DNA of 37,439 bases, from positions 1 to 37,439 of the forward strand of contig JBKHIT010000051.1 of NCBI GenBank assembly GCA_046538485.1, given 5' to 3'. The notes beneath the pieces were generated by a model. The model had not been told where the DNA came from. It was given only the letters and a program-made list of their open reading frames with translations, and made no database searches. Source of the DNA: Candidatus Brocadiia bacterium. Its GTDB lineage: Bacteria; Planctomycetota; Brocadiia; SM23-32. Below, piece after piece: positions 1 to 10,620 of the stretch (position 1 is its first letter; every line of letters starts with the position of its first letter). Made by a program: the position numbers and the translations under genes.

Positions 1-3
1 ACA

Positions 4-1749
4 TCACGCTCGTTTCTCCAGCAAAAACCAACAACTAATCAGCAAAACGATAATCCCAAGGGAAAACTCCCGGTGAAAGTTGTGGACGCCTTTTTCTTTC
101 AAGACGCTTGCTCGTGCCGAAGTAACACTACCGAAGTGTTTCGCATTCGAAAGATCCGATTCAGCTTCGCTTAAAAGATTAACCCCCACGGCAGCCATCT
201 CGCGGTTTTCGCCCTGTCTATTTCTGCCATGGATTGTGTATATTCCTTCCTGGTCCAACTTCCCATAATAAACATGTTTGTCTGAAAAAGTTACGCGTTC
301 CCCGTTCGGGGCCTCAATGATAACATTTCCTCTCCAACTCGCCGGTTTATAAAAAGCCAGTCGCTCTCCGAGCCGGTAACAGTACCGCTTTAAACCGGGG
401 CTTTGTCTGTACACATAGTCCCCGATGTTCGAGATAAGAACCGGCCATGCTGCTTTTTGAAAAATATTGCTCCCCGGCCCCCCAAGATTCAGCACGACGT
501 GCAGGTCTTCCATGACAACGAGAGGGATCTGTCCCGCTGATACAACGACTTCTCCCCGGTCAGGTCGATACTTACTGTCGGCAAACCAAATCGAGCCTCG
601 GAGGTTCAGCCCTCGCGTCAGAGGATGGTAATTCTTTGCAAAGAATGGGCCAACATACGCCTGGCTACTGCGCTCGGCCGGAGCCCTGAAACTCACACGA
701 AAGAAATGTTCCCAATCCCCTCCCGAACCTCTGAAATCTCCGAATACCAGATACGGAGTGTTTTTCCCCGCGAGGCTCAAATGTCTGGCAGCGTGCACCG
801 CCTTTTTGACGTTTTCGGCGAGTCTCTCATCAGACAAATCGATCCGGCATGGGACTGTAACCTTCAAGGGACGCACCAGGTGAAGGACATTATCGTTTTC
901 AAGTGTGTCGTCCGGCAGCTCAGCACGTATTGTTCTGACCCTTTCAGGGATATGAAAGAGCAGGGGCACTGCTTTTTGGGATCCAAAAGTGACCGTTTTT
1001 TCAGCGATTTTCTGACCCGTCTGATCATATACTGCAATTGTCCGCGTTCCTCCCCCTTTCCCGGAATGTTTGACCAGACCGAACAACTTATCGTTTCCCA
1101 GCCAGCGAGCGTTGATCCATCCTGCATTACTTTCGGCCCGGCCCACAGCAACCACACGCGCATTCTCACATTCAACTTCGTGGTCGGTAATCACCAGAAC
1201 GTCCGTATCTTTGCCCGCCATTGAATGCCCAACTTCGACGGCTTGCCGAAAAGAATGGGGAGGCGCGGACGGGCGCCATGTTCGCAAAGCTTCCTCCGCA
1301 TCCTCTCTTCCCATAGCCTGCTCACCGATCACATGGGAGGTCGCGCTGTTGAGAATGGTTACGCGCCCGTTCGCACCCAGTTCATCGTAGATCTTCAAGA
1401 TGGCTCCAACAGCTGCCGATTTGAAACCCGGCTTTTTCGATTCAGCGTTCATGGAAGCGCTCGAATCGAGAACGACAACAATATGACGGCGCGAAGATCG
1501 ATGATCAAGGACGAGTTCACTGACCAATAAAGCAAGAAGCAAAGCAGCCAACAATTCCAGAAGCAAAGGCAAAGTCAGGGGCGGCAGTTTCCGCCTCTGC
1601 CCTTCCGCCTTCAACGTCCTGGTCGCCTCCCAAAGGAAAAGCGATGAGACTTCTCTTCGGCGCCCTCGGAAGACATAGAAATACAGAAACAGCACGCCCC
1701 CCAGCGATGTGAGCGCCAGCAGTCCTGGAGGATTAAGAAAATAAAACAT
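4..1749 (-). CDS. BatA-domain / vWA-domain membrane protein of the MoxR operon
   Basis: N-terminal BatA-like segment (F-LNP-GLLAL...VSSLFLW...LLLELLAALLL), MIDAS-like VLDSSASM, C-terminal TM helix. Start placed at ATG 1749, which overlaps the DUF58 stop (TGATG). Its own stop overlaps another ATG at 4..2, so the operon continues off the window. Confidence 0.85.
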   Translation of the reverse strand: MFYFLNPPGLLALTSLGGVLFLYFYVFRGRRREVSSLFLWEATRTLKAEGQRRKLPPLTLPLLLELLAALLLALLVSELVLDHRSSRRHIVVVLDSSASMNAESKKPGFKSAAVGAILKIYDELGANGRVTILNSATSHVIGEQAMGREDAEEALRTWRPSAPPHSFRQAVEVGHSMAGKDTDVLVITDHEVECENARVVAVGRAESNAGWINARWLGNDKLFGLVKHSGKGGGTRTIAVYDQTGQKIAEKTVTFGSQKAVPLLFHIPERVRTIRAELPDDTLENDNVLHLVRPLKVTVPCRIDLSDERLAENVKKAVHAARHLSLAGKNTPYLVFGDFRGSGGDWEHFFRVSFRAPAERSSQAYVGPFFAKNYHPLTRGLNLRGSIWFADSKYRPDRGEVVVSAGQIPLVVMEDLHVVLNLGGPGSNIFQKAAWPVLISNIGDYVYRQSPGLKRYCYRLGERLAFYKPASWRGNVIIEAPNGERVTFSDKHVYYGKLDQEGIYTIHGRNRQGENREMAAVGVNLLSEAESDLSNAKHFGSVTSARASVLKEKGVHNFHREFSLGIIVLLISCWFLLEKRA

Positions 1750-2597
1750 CAGTAGACTTCCACCAACCCCTTCGGAAGAAACTGTTCGCGCAGGACGCTT
1801 TCCAGTTTTTTGTCGGCAATAATATTGAGGTAAAGTCCCCCGCACTTAAACGTTTCTTCTCGCGCGGCTCCAATCAGACCCGCAAGGCGCCGTTTGTATT
1901 TTTCCACAACGCCCGCTTTGAGCTGGATATCCGCCCGCCGGCCTTCCTCCACGCTTTCCAGAGTAGCAGGGCCCTCGGCCGCAGGATCCGCTTCCCAGGG
2001 ACCAAGCAAATGGAGGACAATCAGCCGCGCGCAACCGGCGGAAAGTGCGCGCACAACGACGCCGGGATCTGCAGGGTCCATAAAGTCCGTGAGCAATATG
2101 CGCACGGCAGAGCGCCGCAAACCGGCCGCGGAACGCCGTGGAGAAAAGAAAATGGCCGAATGCGACTCATCAAAATGCAGTTCCTCCGGGCTTTCCAGGC
2201 GGCGGAGGCGTTCACCCGCCGCGAACAACCTGACCGCAATTCCTCCGGCGCGTGAAGAATGGTAGAGATATTCTTTCAACTCATGGCTTAGAGATGCCTT
2301 GCGGCCATCGAATATGGACATTGAGGCGGAGTTATCGATCAACACATCCACGAACGGGCTTACTTCTTCCCGAAACAGCCGGACGACAAGCCGATCGGTC
2401 CGTCCGTAGGCCAACCAATCGATGCGACGCGGATCGTCTCCGGGGACGTAATCGCGGAAATCCTGGATTTCGACCGACGCTCCCGTTTCCCGTCCTTCCT
2501 TTTCCCCAACGAGACCCGACGCAGCGATTACGTGCGGGTTGAAACGGTATTTACGAGCAAGTATCTCGATTCCCGCCTGACTGAGTGCCTCGGGCAT
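1749..2597 (-). CDS. DUF58 family protein
   Basis: G-SVEIQDFRDYVPGDDPRRIDW-AYGR and IDNSASM motifs typical of DUF58; MoxR operon context; ATG 2597 preferred over TTG 2603. Confidence 0.9.
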   Translation of the reverse strand: MPEALSQAGIEILARKYRFNPHVIAASGLVGEKEGRETGASVEIQDFRDYVPGDDPRRIDWLAYGRTDRLVVRLFREEVSPFVDVLIDNSASMSIFDGRKASLSHELKEYLYHSSRAGGIAVRLFAAGERLRRLESPEELHFDESHSAIFFSPRRSAAGLRRSAVRILLTDFMDPADPGVVVRALSAGCARLIVLHLLGPWEADPAAEGPATLESVEEGRRADIQLKAGVVEKYKRRLAGLIGAAREETFKCGGLYLNIIADKKLESVLREQFLPKGLVEVY

Positions 2598-2678
2598 GCT
2601 CAAAATCTCTCAAGAAAAACGTCTTTCACTTATGCGACTATTCTAAACGCTGAAGCGACATTCTGCACGGTGAACTGT

Positions 2679-2944
2679 TCACCGCCGATACCTGATATCG
2701 AACGTCCGCCGCATAAGCTTGTTCAAATCCCATTGTGCGAAACTGATCATCGCACCCAGCGTAATCACACCGGGGAAAATAGCCATGGGAGCTATTTGCC
2801 AGAAACCTCCGCGACACCGCAGGGCTTCGGCCAGGTATATGCCCGGGAAGAATCCCAACGCCGCGCCCGATACCCTATCTATATTCAACTCAAAAGCGGG
2901 TTCACCCAGCCATCGATCCGGTCTTTCAACTTGCCAGTTATCAT
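2679..2944 (-). pseudogene. Internally deleted paralog of the upstream ABC permease
   Basis: ATG 2944 with GGGAG RBS encodes MITGKLKDRIDGWVNPLL (vs MSLKLKDRVDGWANPLL of 4543..3008). A different frame at 2888..2679 matches the permease C-terminus (LG.FP..Y..E ... IFP.VIT ... FA..DL..LMR...D.R). Confidence 0.85.
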
Positions 2945-3007
2945 GTCAACTCCCACTTACCCCTGAATCTGCGCAGAAGATTCCCTGATAACATTGGCTT
3001 CCCCCGT

Positions 3008-4543
3008 TCAAGAACTGCTTTCTGCAGGAGATTTGTCGGTTTCCACTCCCGTTTTGAGACGAAGATCAGATCTGTGACGCATCAAAATCTCCAGGTCGCG
3101 AACTGCAAAGATAATCACGCATACCACTGTTATCACCGCCGGAAAGATCGTGCCCCAAAAAACATCCAATGGCTCTGCATAATCGGTTACTTCCACCGCA
3201 TAAGCAACAGGGAATGCGCCAAGAATTGGGTTATCGGCTTCAAACGAAAAATGCCCCATTCCGGATTCAAAAAGAACAATGAAAATAAGGCCCGCTGCCA
3301 GGTGGGCTACGATGCAAACGAGCAAAACGATACGCCTGCCGCTTGTATTACGCCACTTCTGAGGTATCAGTGCACCTATTGCCCGGGCTTGATACGCCAG
3401 ATAGCCACCGTAAACCCAAAAAACCCACGTGAGAGCGAAAATTGGCAGAAACTCAAAACTCCGAAGCAGTAACAAGGCTGCCCCGCTCCAAAGTTCCAAC
3501 AGGATCAGTCCGCACGCGAGTGTGAAATACACCCCTCCCGCCCCCGGCCCATCAGTAAAAGGAAATAACAAAAATGAGTAAGTCCGCCCTGATTTTTCAA
3601 TTTCTAAGTCCTGTCGCGCGGAGGTGCCCTGTTTGTCCAGCATCCATACAGTTGCGCATATCGTAAGCGGTATCAATGTAGTTACTACAAAAAAAAGAGC
3701 CGTTTCATCGGAATATCCTCCCTGGGCCGCCATTATTCCGAGGCCAACGCCCTGGGATATTACAATTATCAAAAGAAGCCAGCATTTGGGAGCGACCGAC
3801 GATTTGTTCGCTTCGAAAGTCAGGATATTTGCGCTGCAGGCACACAGGAAAAGCGACCACAGCAATGACATAAGTCCCAGAATTGCCACAAAAATAACTA
3901 TGTGGTTGAGTTCGCCTGCGATATCACGAAATAGATATCCTGCTCCAACACCCATCTGGACAATCATCAGAACAGCTCCGACTTGAAGCAAAATATGAAT
4001 CAGTCGGCCAAGCGTTCTGAAATAGCGCAGAGACGTTAAGGCCGCGAAGAAAATTGCAACAGAAACCGCAAAAAGCGAGACCACAGATATAACTGCAAGT
4101 GTCGCTAATATCTGCCCCACCCCGATGCCGTGAAAAAGAAAAGCGGCCACCGCGAAAGGCCCCATGAGTGCCACCAGCAGTCCCGTTTTTACGACCGCTG
4201 CCAGTAGCCTTCCCCGCACATGTCTTTTGGCATGCAACCGCGTAATTTGGACCAGCTCGATTGTCCCGCTTTTGATCTCTTCATAAAGGTTTGAGAACGC
4301 CAGGTATGGGATAACAACAACTCCCACAATCGCCATACAAACGCTGAAAACCACGAACATATCGTCACCACATTCCCCGCCCGAACCGCTTCCCAGGTAG
4401 GCCAGGACATACGTCATCAAGGAAACAAGCAGAAGGAGCCACAGAGCGGCCAGAAATTTTTTGCTGTGAAGCGATTGGTACATCTCCCGGATCAAAAGCG
4501 GATTGGCCCAACCATCGACACGGTCTTTAAGCTTCAGGGACAT
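3008..4543 (-). CDS. ABC-2 type transporter permease-like polytopic membrane protein
   Basis: Many hydrophobic helices, NPLLIRE and EEIKSGTIELVQIT motifs, directly downstream of an ABC ATPase; ATG 4543 with GGAG RBS. Confidence 0.8.
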   Translation of the reverse strand: MSLKLKDRVDGWANPLLIREMYQSLHSKKFLAALWLLLLVSLMTYVLAYLGSGSGGECGDDMFVVFSVCMAIVGVVVIPYLAFSNLYEEIKSGTIELVQITRLHAKRHVRGRLLAAVVKTGLLVALMGPFAVAAFLFHGIGVGQILATLAVISVVSLFAVSVAIFFAALTSLRYFRTLGRLIHILLQVGAVLMIVQMGVGAGYLFRDIAGELNHIVIFVAILGLMSLLWSLFLCACSANILTFEANKSSVAPKCWLLLIIVISQGVGLGIMAAQGGYSDETALFFVVTTLIPLTICATVWMLDKQGTSARQDLEIEKSGRTYSFLLFPFTDGPGAGGVYFTLACGLILLELWSGAALLLLRSFEFLPIFALTWVFWVYGGYLAYQARAIGALIPQKWRNTSGRRIVLLVCIVAHLAAGLIFIVLFESGMGHFSFEADNPILGAFPVAYAVEVTDYAEPLDVFWGTIFPAVITVVCVIIFAVRDLEILMRHRSDLRLKTGVETDKSPAESSS

Positions 4544-5468
4544 CGGTGTCTCCACTGGTGACTTCGAGGAACATCTTCTCAAGCAATTTTTCTTCCGTCA
4601 TCAACTGGTATGGGACCTTCTCGTGGGAAACTAACCGTTTGACCACTTCTGCAATGTCGTCCTTTCCTCCGGACATCTCGACCTGTAAGATGTCAGGCTC
4701 GGTGGAATGCACATCCCGCACACCCGGAGTCTCCAGCAGAATTCGACCGCATTCTTCCAATCCACCCGTCACGCGCATAGTCAGGGTAAAATCGCCTTCT
4801 TTGGCCTCATGGTCCGCCGGCGAGCCCGAGTAAACCAATTCCCCTTCTTTAATAATCGCTACCTTGTCAACCAAACCCTCCAGCTCAGCAAGAATGTGGG
4901 AACTGATCATGATGGTCTTATCCCGCTGAGCAAGAACACGCAGCAATTCTCGGAGATCTTTGCGAGCCTGCGGATCAAGACCGGCCGCTGGTTCGTCCAG
5001 CAACAATAACTGCGGGCCGTGCAACAAAGTTCGACCGAGACTTATCCGCTGTCGCATTCCTTTGGAAAGATCCGCAACTTTCTTGTCAAGCAGGTGATCT
5101 ATCTCAGTAAAATCGACAATATCGGCAACCCGCCGAAAACGCTTTCGGCCACTCAGCCCATAGGCACGCGCAAAAAAATCCAGGTATTCGCTCACCAACA
5201 GATCGGGATAAGAACCGTAATAATCGGGCATAAAGCCGATGAGCGGACGCACCTTGTCGGCCTGTTTCCGTATGGAATACCCGTTGACATACGCGTCGCC
5301 CCGCGTGGGTTCCGCTACGGTGGCCAGCATGCGCAATGTGGTCGTTTTCCCGGCCCCATTTGGACCAATAAAACCCCAGATCTCCCCGTGATCCATTGTA
5401 AAACTCAACGAATCAACTGCTGTCAACTCGCCAAATTTCTTCGTCAGGTTTTTACAGGTCAGCTCCAT
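4527..5468 (-). CDS. ABC transporter ATP-binding protein
   Basis: Walker A GPNGAGKTT, signature LSKGM, Walker B LLLLDEP, H-loop SSH; ATG 5468 overlaps the upstream stop (TGATG). Confidence 0.95.
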   Translation of the reverse strand: MELTCKNLTKKFGELTAVDSLSFTMDHGEIWGFIGPNGAGKTTTLRMLATVAEPTRGDAYVNGYSIRKQADKVRPLIGFMPDYYGSYPDLLVSEYLDFFARAYGLSGRKRFRRVADIVDFTEIDHLLDKKVADLSKGMRQRISLGRTLLHGPQLLLLDEPAAGLDPQARKDLRELLRVLAQRDKTIMISSHILAELEGLVDKVAIIKEGELVYSGSPADHEAKEGDFTLTMRVTGGLEECGRILLETPGVRDVHSTEPDILQVEMSGGKDDIAEVVKRLVSHEKVPYQLMTEEKLLEKMFLEVTSGDTDVPEA

Positions 5469-7270
5469 CACATCACACCAAAAATCAGGTGAACTGTTTT
5501 CTTGGGCCGGAACCTGTGCAACCATATATGGCCCTCAAAACCATCGGAGGCCTCCGCTACATATGCATTACCCTTCGAAAGTCTATTGGCCCAGATATCA
5601 TGCAGCGGTCTGGCTTTGCGAAGTATGGTCTCTTTCTGAATGCTGGTGAAAAGTCTCTGGAAACTCGCCATATCGACTCCCCTGCATACCTGCGCCGCTA
5701 CTTTCTTGCCGGGCTCGATTCGACCCACTTTCAAAAACGTGTTCCCGTAGTGGATATACGCGCGTTTCAGCTTGCATCCCAGATGATTCTCAACCCAGTA
5801 TTTCCCGTCTTTTTCCCCAATCAACAGACGCCGTCGGTCTCGCCCTATCGCCTGACGGCTAAACCACATCTTGCGACGGGTTTCGAGCAGGCCGGGATAA
5901 TGAATCCCGTCTTCCCGCCACTCCAATTTCAAGTTCCTCATATCGGAACTCCCCCATTCCGGCGAGTAAGCCAGTTCTTTCGTTGAACCTTTGATACCCC
6001 GAGTCCGAACAAACGGATCATAAATGCCGAACTGCGAAACATTTATGCTCTTCTTCACCTGCTGATCGAGAAATCTAACGGCATAGCAACTGGCGTAAGG
6101 ACGGAAACCTTCATGAAAAAAGTCCGCCACAATAACTCCACCCATCACCAGAATGCACAGCGCAGGGGCCGAAATGTAGTACAGTAATCCCTGCTTCCGC
6201 CGCGCCACCAGATACCACCACCCCACAGGTCCTACCAACAATGAAAAAGCGGTCAACGCGAGGAAGACGGGCCAAAAAGGCGCTTTTTCCGTCCCGGGAA
6301 TTTTGGGATGGCCCGCAGTGCTTGTTCTGTGGTGTGAATATCTATGACGCATGTACCCCCCGTGCGAATGGGTGCTTGATTTTTCTGAAATTGGGCCCAC
6401 CGTCAATCCTCGCCTTCGGAAGAATCCACTGTGAGACGAAGAGATTTGTGCTTTGCTCACAAATATCACAGCCCCGATGCCAAACTTTATACCTTCCAGC
6501 GAGGTGTGTCTTACCCAGTGGAAATCTTCCCCGGAATCCGAATCGGCCTTTCTGCGATTCGTGGCGACGAACGGAGCTTTTTGCGCTACTTCACGCACAA
6601 CATTCGTCTTCTTCTCCTCGGGCACATCCAATAAAAGACTCATTCCCCCCATCGCCGTCCACTGGATCACAGGATCGGGATCGAACCCGGGATCACGCCA
6701 TACCTTGTAATCGATGATCAAAATATCTATCCCACTGTACCCTTGCCACCGATCGGGCAAAAAAAAAGGTGAAACGGTTGATCGCTTCAACTCGTAGGGC
6801 TGCGAAAAATCCTTGTTAACGGAATAGGAAGAACTTTCGGTCAACAGCACACTGACCAGATCCTGCTTCCGGCTCCCATAGCGGCGGCCCGAAAACTGAA
6901 GGCGGTTGCCTGCACTGGTCTTCGCCAGGGAACGGCCCGACTCGCCGTCTCGAAACTCAAAACCCGTCAAACGGGATTCAGCAAAAGGCACACACAGACA
7001 CCTTCGAGCTGTCCGATGGGCCGGAATATGAAAAGTGGCGCTTGCCTTAATCTTTCCCAGAGATCGCACTTGAATCTTCCGCGCATCCCCGGAATTCCTA
7101 AACCGTATCACCAGGGGAACCATACCGCCTTCCCGAACATATTCGTTGAGCCCCGCTCGCACGGAACATTTCAGATCTCGATCAAGTTCCAGTTGGGAAG
7201 CTGCTTTCCCTGCACTTGCGCCAAAGCCCAAAAGCAGCAATGCAAGAATCAACCTGTGAATACGGTTCAT
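5468..7270 (-). CDS. Hypothetical exported/membrane protein
   Basis: 600-aa ORF with signal peptide and two central TM helices (..LLVGPVGWWYL..), coupled to both neighbours. Confidence 0.75.
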   Translation of the reverse strand: MNRIHRLILALLLLGFGASAGKAASQLELDRDLKCSVRAGLNEYVREGGMVPLVIRFRNSGDARKIQVRSLGKIKASATFHIPAHRTARRCLCVPFAESRLTGFEFRDGESGRSLAKTSAGNRLQFSGRRYGSRKQDLVSVLLTESSSYSVNKDFSQPYELKRSTVSPFFLPDRWQGYSGIDILIIDYKVWRDPGFDPDPVIQWTAMGGMSLLLDVPEEKKTNVVREVAQKAPFVATNRRKADSDSGEDFHWVRHTSLEGIKFGIGAVIFVSKAQISSSHSGFFRRRGLTVGPISEKSSTHSHGGYMRHRYSHHRTSTAGHPKIPGTEKAPFWPVFLALTAFSLLVGPVGWWYLVARRKQGLLYYISAPALCILVMGGVIVADFFHEGFRPYASCYAVRFLDQQVKKSINVSQFGIYDPFVRTRGIKGSTKELAYSPEWGSSDMRNLKLEWREDGIHYPGLLETRRKMWFSRQAIGRDRRRLLIGEKDGKYWVENHLGCKLKRAYIHYGNTFLKVGRIEPGKKVAAQVCRGVDMASFQRLFTSIQKETILRKARPLHDIWANRLSKGNAYVAEASDGFEGHIWLHRFRPKKTVHLIFGVM

Positions 7271-8277
7271 TGTCCGACGATCCTCTCTTCGCTCGTACTC
7301 ACCAATTCCTTCACAACATCCGGTCCTGTCGTTCCTTCGAGTCGTGCGGCATGATGGAGGGTAATCCGGTGTCCCAGCACCGATGGTGCCGCCAGTTGCA
7401 CGTCCTCAAATCCCACGCCCGGTCGCCCATCCACCAGAGCAAGGGCTTTGGACACCTGACTCAACCAGATTGCCCCCCGAGGTGAGGAACCATACTTCAC
7501 CACATCCCTGACATGTTCGGTCGCCAGCCCAGAATCCGGATGCGTCATGCTCACCAGACCCGAAATATGCTCCGCAACAGCGGCCGGCAGAAAAACATTC
7601 GGAACCATTTCTTGAAGATCCAACACATCTTCGACGTTCATAATCTCCGGCGGCTCAACGGGCCGCCCATCCTTCCGCTCCGTGATAATTTTCTCAAGAA
7701 CCGAGCGATCGCTCCCCAAAACGTCCAGCTTCACCGCAAAACGGTCCATCTGAGCCTCGGGGAGAGGATACGTTCCTTCCATCTCGATCGGATTCTGGGT
7801 CGCCAGAACGCAAAACGGAGCCGCCAGATCCATCGTGTTGCCCATCTGAGTCACCTGGGATTCCGACATCGCTTCCAGGAGCGCCGACTGGGTCTTGGGG
7901 CTCGCACGATTGACCTCATCGGCGAGGACAATATTCGCGAAGATCGGTCCGGGGTAAAATTCCATCTCGCGCCCCTCTTCCGTCTCTTCCAGCACGTAAC
8001 TGCCGGTAATATCCGATGGCAAAAGGTCGGGAGTAAACTGGATCCTCCTGAATTCCACGCCAAGCGCTTTTGCAAACGACTTAGCAAGAACCGTCTTACC
8101 CAATCCCGGCAACCCCTCCAGAAGAGAATGTCCCCCGGCGAGAATGGCGGCAAAAGTCACGCGAACCAAATCCTGTTTTCCCAGGATCACCTCGTTCATC
8201 ACACCAAGAACTCGCCGACACTGTTCGGAAGCTTCAGCAACCTCCGTTTCGGACATCAATTCGCTATTCTGCTTCAT
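7267..8277 (-). CDS. moxR: MoxR family AAA+ ATPase
   Basis: LLEGLPGLGKT, RIQFTPDLLPSDITG, LADEVNRASPKTQSALLEAM, ATQNPIEMEGTYPLPEAQMDRF. Confidence 0.96.
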   Translation of the reverse strand: MKQNSELMSETEVAEASEQCRRVLGVMNEVILGKQDLVRVTFAAILAGGHSLLEGLPGLGKTVLAKSFAKALGVEFRRIQFTPDLLPSDITGSYVLEETEEGREMEFYPGPIFANIVLADEVNRASPKTQSALLEAMSESQVTQMGNTMDLAAPFCVLATQNPIEMEGTYPLPEAQMDRFAVKLDVLGSDRSVLEKIITERKDGRPVEPPEIMNVEDVLDLQEMVPNVFLPAAVAEHISGLVSMTHPDSGLATEHVRDVVKYGSSPRGAIWLSQVSKALALVDGRPGVGFEDVQLAAPSVLGHRITLHHAARLEGTTGPDVVKELVSTSEERIVGQ

Positions 8278-9653
8278 TTCTCTCCATTCTTCTCATTATC
8301 CTCCGCGAAATACTCTTTGAGCGTATCGTGATGGCGTGGTAACAGTCGCGAATGCCAGGTAAGACGCTCATTTCCCGCCCTGAATTCACGGCTCCCGCCT
8401 TCGATCAGACGCGCTTCCGTTTCATCGGTTTCGTCAGGCGGAATATAACTGTATCCAATATCGGCATCCAGTTTGCCCTCCCGCCCCTTAAAAGTCTTCG
8501 CATCGAACTCACCAAAATCTTTGTCGGTGTTTCCTGAGTGCTGCAGTTGAGCCGGTCCCGGTCCCCGGTCGATGCCGCTCCGACCCGGGCGACCGCCCTG
8601 TTGTGCAAGTTCAGCCAGTTCCTCCTCCGAGAAGCCGCAGGCTTCCATCGCATCCCGGGCTTTTGCCGCACGCTTTTTTGCCTGCTTCAACGCTTCATCA
8701 GCCAGTTCCCCAAGCGCCTCCAACTGTTCGCTGTTGAGTCCAGTCTCTCCACTTTCACACTGACTCATCAATTTCTGCAGTTCCTCCGGCGAAAGACCGG
8801 TGCGTCGGCTCGCCTGCTCCATAAACTTGCCCATCTTATCCGCATTGAGACTTTTCGATGCACTGGCAAGACGCCTGGCGTCCTCGGGGTTGAGTTTCCC
8901 ACCGGCTCTAATGCGTTGCCGGACGCGGTGCGCTTGCTCCTCAGCAATTTCTTTCTTACGGTAATTGGTGGCCGCCTGTCGCTGAAGTTCCCGCCGGCAC
9001 TCATCCAGAGCCTGCCAATCACGCTGCTCAAGTCTTGATCCCTTCTCTTTCATTTCCTTCAAAAGTTTCTCAGCATCCTTCAAATAATCTTTCTCCGCCA
9101 GTGTCGTCTGCTCAAGGACTTTCACCAGATCGGACGTTTCCTCAACCCTCGCCGGAGTTGTTCCCCCAGCTGTTTCTGGACTGTGACGCAGATCAGGCAA
9201 CAGAGCCAACACAATAATCACACCTGCCATGCCGGTCGCTTTCAAGAAAGCACGGACCGGGAACCCTGCACGCAACGCAATCTGGCTTCGACCGACTTTG
9301 TCGGCCCACTGATCTTCCCCGCTTTCGTGAAGTGACATAAAGACCCCGTGGCTTTCGCTCCGCAGGTCCGCCAACGCGTCCGCCCGACGCTGACTGACCC
9401 GCCAGGCATCTTTGCGCAAAAAAGACCATATCCCCACGAAAGCGACCCACACTGGCAAAAGCCAGAGACCGTATATCAGGGGCGTCCATAGTATTTTGGA
9501 GAGAAACACCCCACAGGCGACGACAACCAGACCGGGCATGGAATGATCGACAAGCACTTCAAAAAATTTGCGGGCCGAACGGACAAAGCGGTACCGGTTG
9601 CACAGTCCGCAAAGTCGCCCAAAATCCCTTTCTGGAGCGGTATCCTCTTTCAT
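8274..9653 (-). CDS. Hypothetical membrane protein with long helical/coiled-coil region
   Basis: 459-aa ORF, N-terminal TM segments, charged helical middle, ATGA overlap with moxR. Confidence 0.75.
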   Translation of the reverse strand: MKEDTAPERDFGRLCGLCNRYRFVRSARKFFEVLVDHSMPGLVVVACGVFLSKILWTPLIYGLWLLPVWVAFVGIWSFLRKDAWRVSQRRADALADLRSESHGVFMSLHESGEDQWADKVGRSQIALRAGFPVRAFLKATGMAGVIIVLALLPDLRHSPETAGGTTPARVEETSDLVKVLEQTTLAEKDYLKDAEKLLKEMKEKGSRLEQRDWQALDECRRELQRQAATNYRKKEIAEEQAHRVRQRIRAGGKLNPEDARRLASASKSLNADKMGKFMEQASRRTGLSPEELQKLMSQCESGETGLNSEQLEALGELADEALKQAKKRAAKARDAMEACGFSEEELAELAQQGGRPGRSGIDRGPGPAQLQHSGNTDKDFGEFDAKTFKGREGKLDADIGYSYIPPDETDETEARLIEGGSREFRAGNERLTWHSRLLPRHHDTLKEYFAEDNEKNGEK

Positions 9654-9685
9654 CCTGTCACCACTCTTTTAAAAAATGTTCTTTC

Positions 9686-10123
9686 TCAGCTCCGGGAGTA
9701 ATCCCCTTTCAGCACACATTCGCCCAGGATGTGACCTTCCATGGTATCTTCAAGCTCCTGTTTTTTCGCCCCTTCGGACAGATTCAAAACAATGTCGAGC
9801 GCATAAAGTTTAAATAGATACGTATGAGTTCCCGAAGGCGGACACGGGCCGCCGTATTCACGTTTGCCGAAGTCGTTCGTCCCGGCCGTGCTCTGGGGAC
9901 GGGTATCTTCCGGGATTTCTTGCGTTTCCGGCGGAATATTCCACAGGAGCCAATGGTCCCACGTCCCGGCCGGAGCATCGGGGTCGTCAATGATCAGAAC
10001 GAGCGATTCCGTGCCAGGAGGAACATCGGAGATTTCCAGCGGGGGCGAAATATCTTTCCCGTCGCAGGTGTACACCGAAGGAATCATGCCGCCGTCATCA
10101 AACGCCCTGCTGCTCAGTTCCAT
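9686..10123 (-). CDS. YbhB/YbcL family Raf kinase inhibitor-like (PEBP) protein
   Basis: YTCDGKDISPPL, DDPDAP, WDHW, YGGPCPPSGTH-Y-F-LYALD; ATG 10123 with GGGAGG RBS. Confidence 0.95.
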   Translation of the reverse strand: MELSSRAFDDGGMIPSVYTCDGKDISPPLEISDVPPGTESLVLIIDDPDAPAGTWDHWLLWNIPPETQEIPEDTRPQSTAGTNDFGKREYGGPCPPSGTHTYLFKLYALDIVLNLSEGAKKQELEDTMEGHILGECVLKGDYSRS

Positions 10124-10620
10124 AAAAACCTCCCGCTTGAGAAATGATATCGGATGCCAAACCACTCGTATCAGTGTACCGCCTTAACCCCATCCCATCA
10201 AAGAAACATCGGGATTTCCATCGCATATATACCAGTTGAAAACCATTCACCCGTTCAGTCTCTATCGGAATCAGAAGGCAACATTACGACACAAAAGCCT
10301 GTAGAAGTTATCCCCACACAGTAATGGCAGTTGTGTGATTGTTACAACGACACCACATCGCGATGACCGTAGACTGATGCCAAGTTATGGCGGCCTGTGA
10401 AACACATTCATCTTCGAGCGCGCGAGCCGTTCTTTGCCCTGGATCTATCGTGGGAAACAGCGTCGGCATAATGTGCCAGTAATTACTGCAAATCCTCCAT
10501 AAAACCCGGCGGAGCTTTTATCCAGCACATCTCGCTTGACATCCGAACCCCCGGCGAGGATATACAATTAAACGTAGAATGAGGGTAGTTTATCATTCTC
10601 ACGCATATGGGAGGCTGCTG

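Noticed and set aside
6759..6767. A9 homopolymer (and A8 at 3689-3696) as phase-variation tracts
   Set aside because: Both are in frame within Phe-rich codons; no evidence of slippage.
10536..10568. TTGACA with TATACA/TACAAT as a promoter
   Set aside because: Spacing of 19-21 bp to the good -10 candidates is too long to call; the minus-strand TTGACA-19-TACAAT at 14333-14303 was left out for the same reason.
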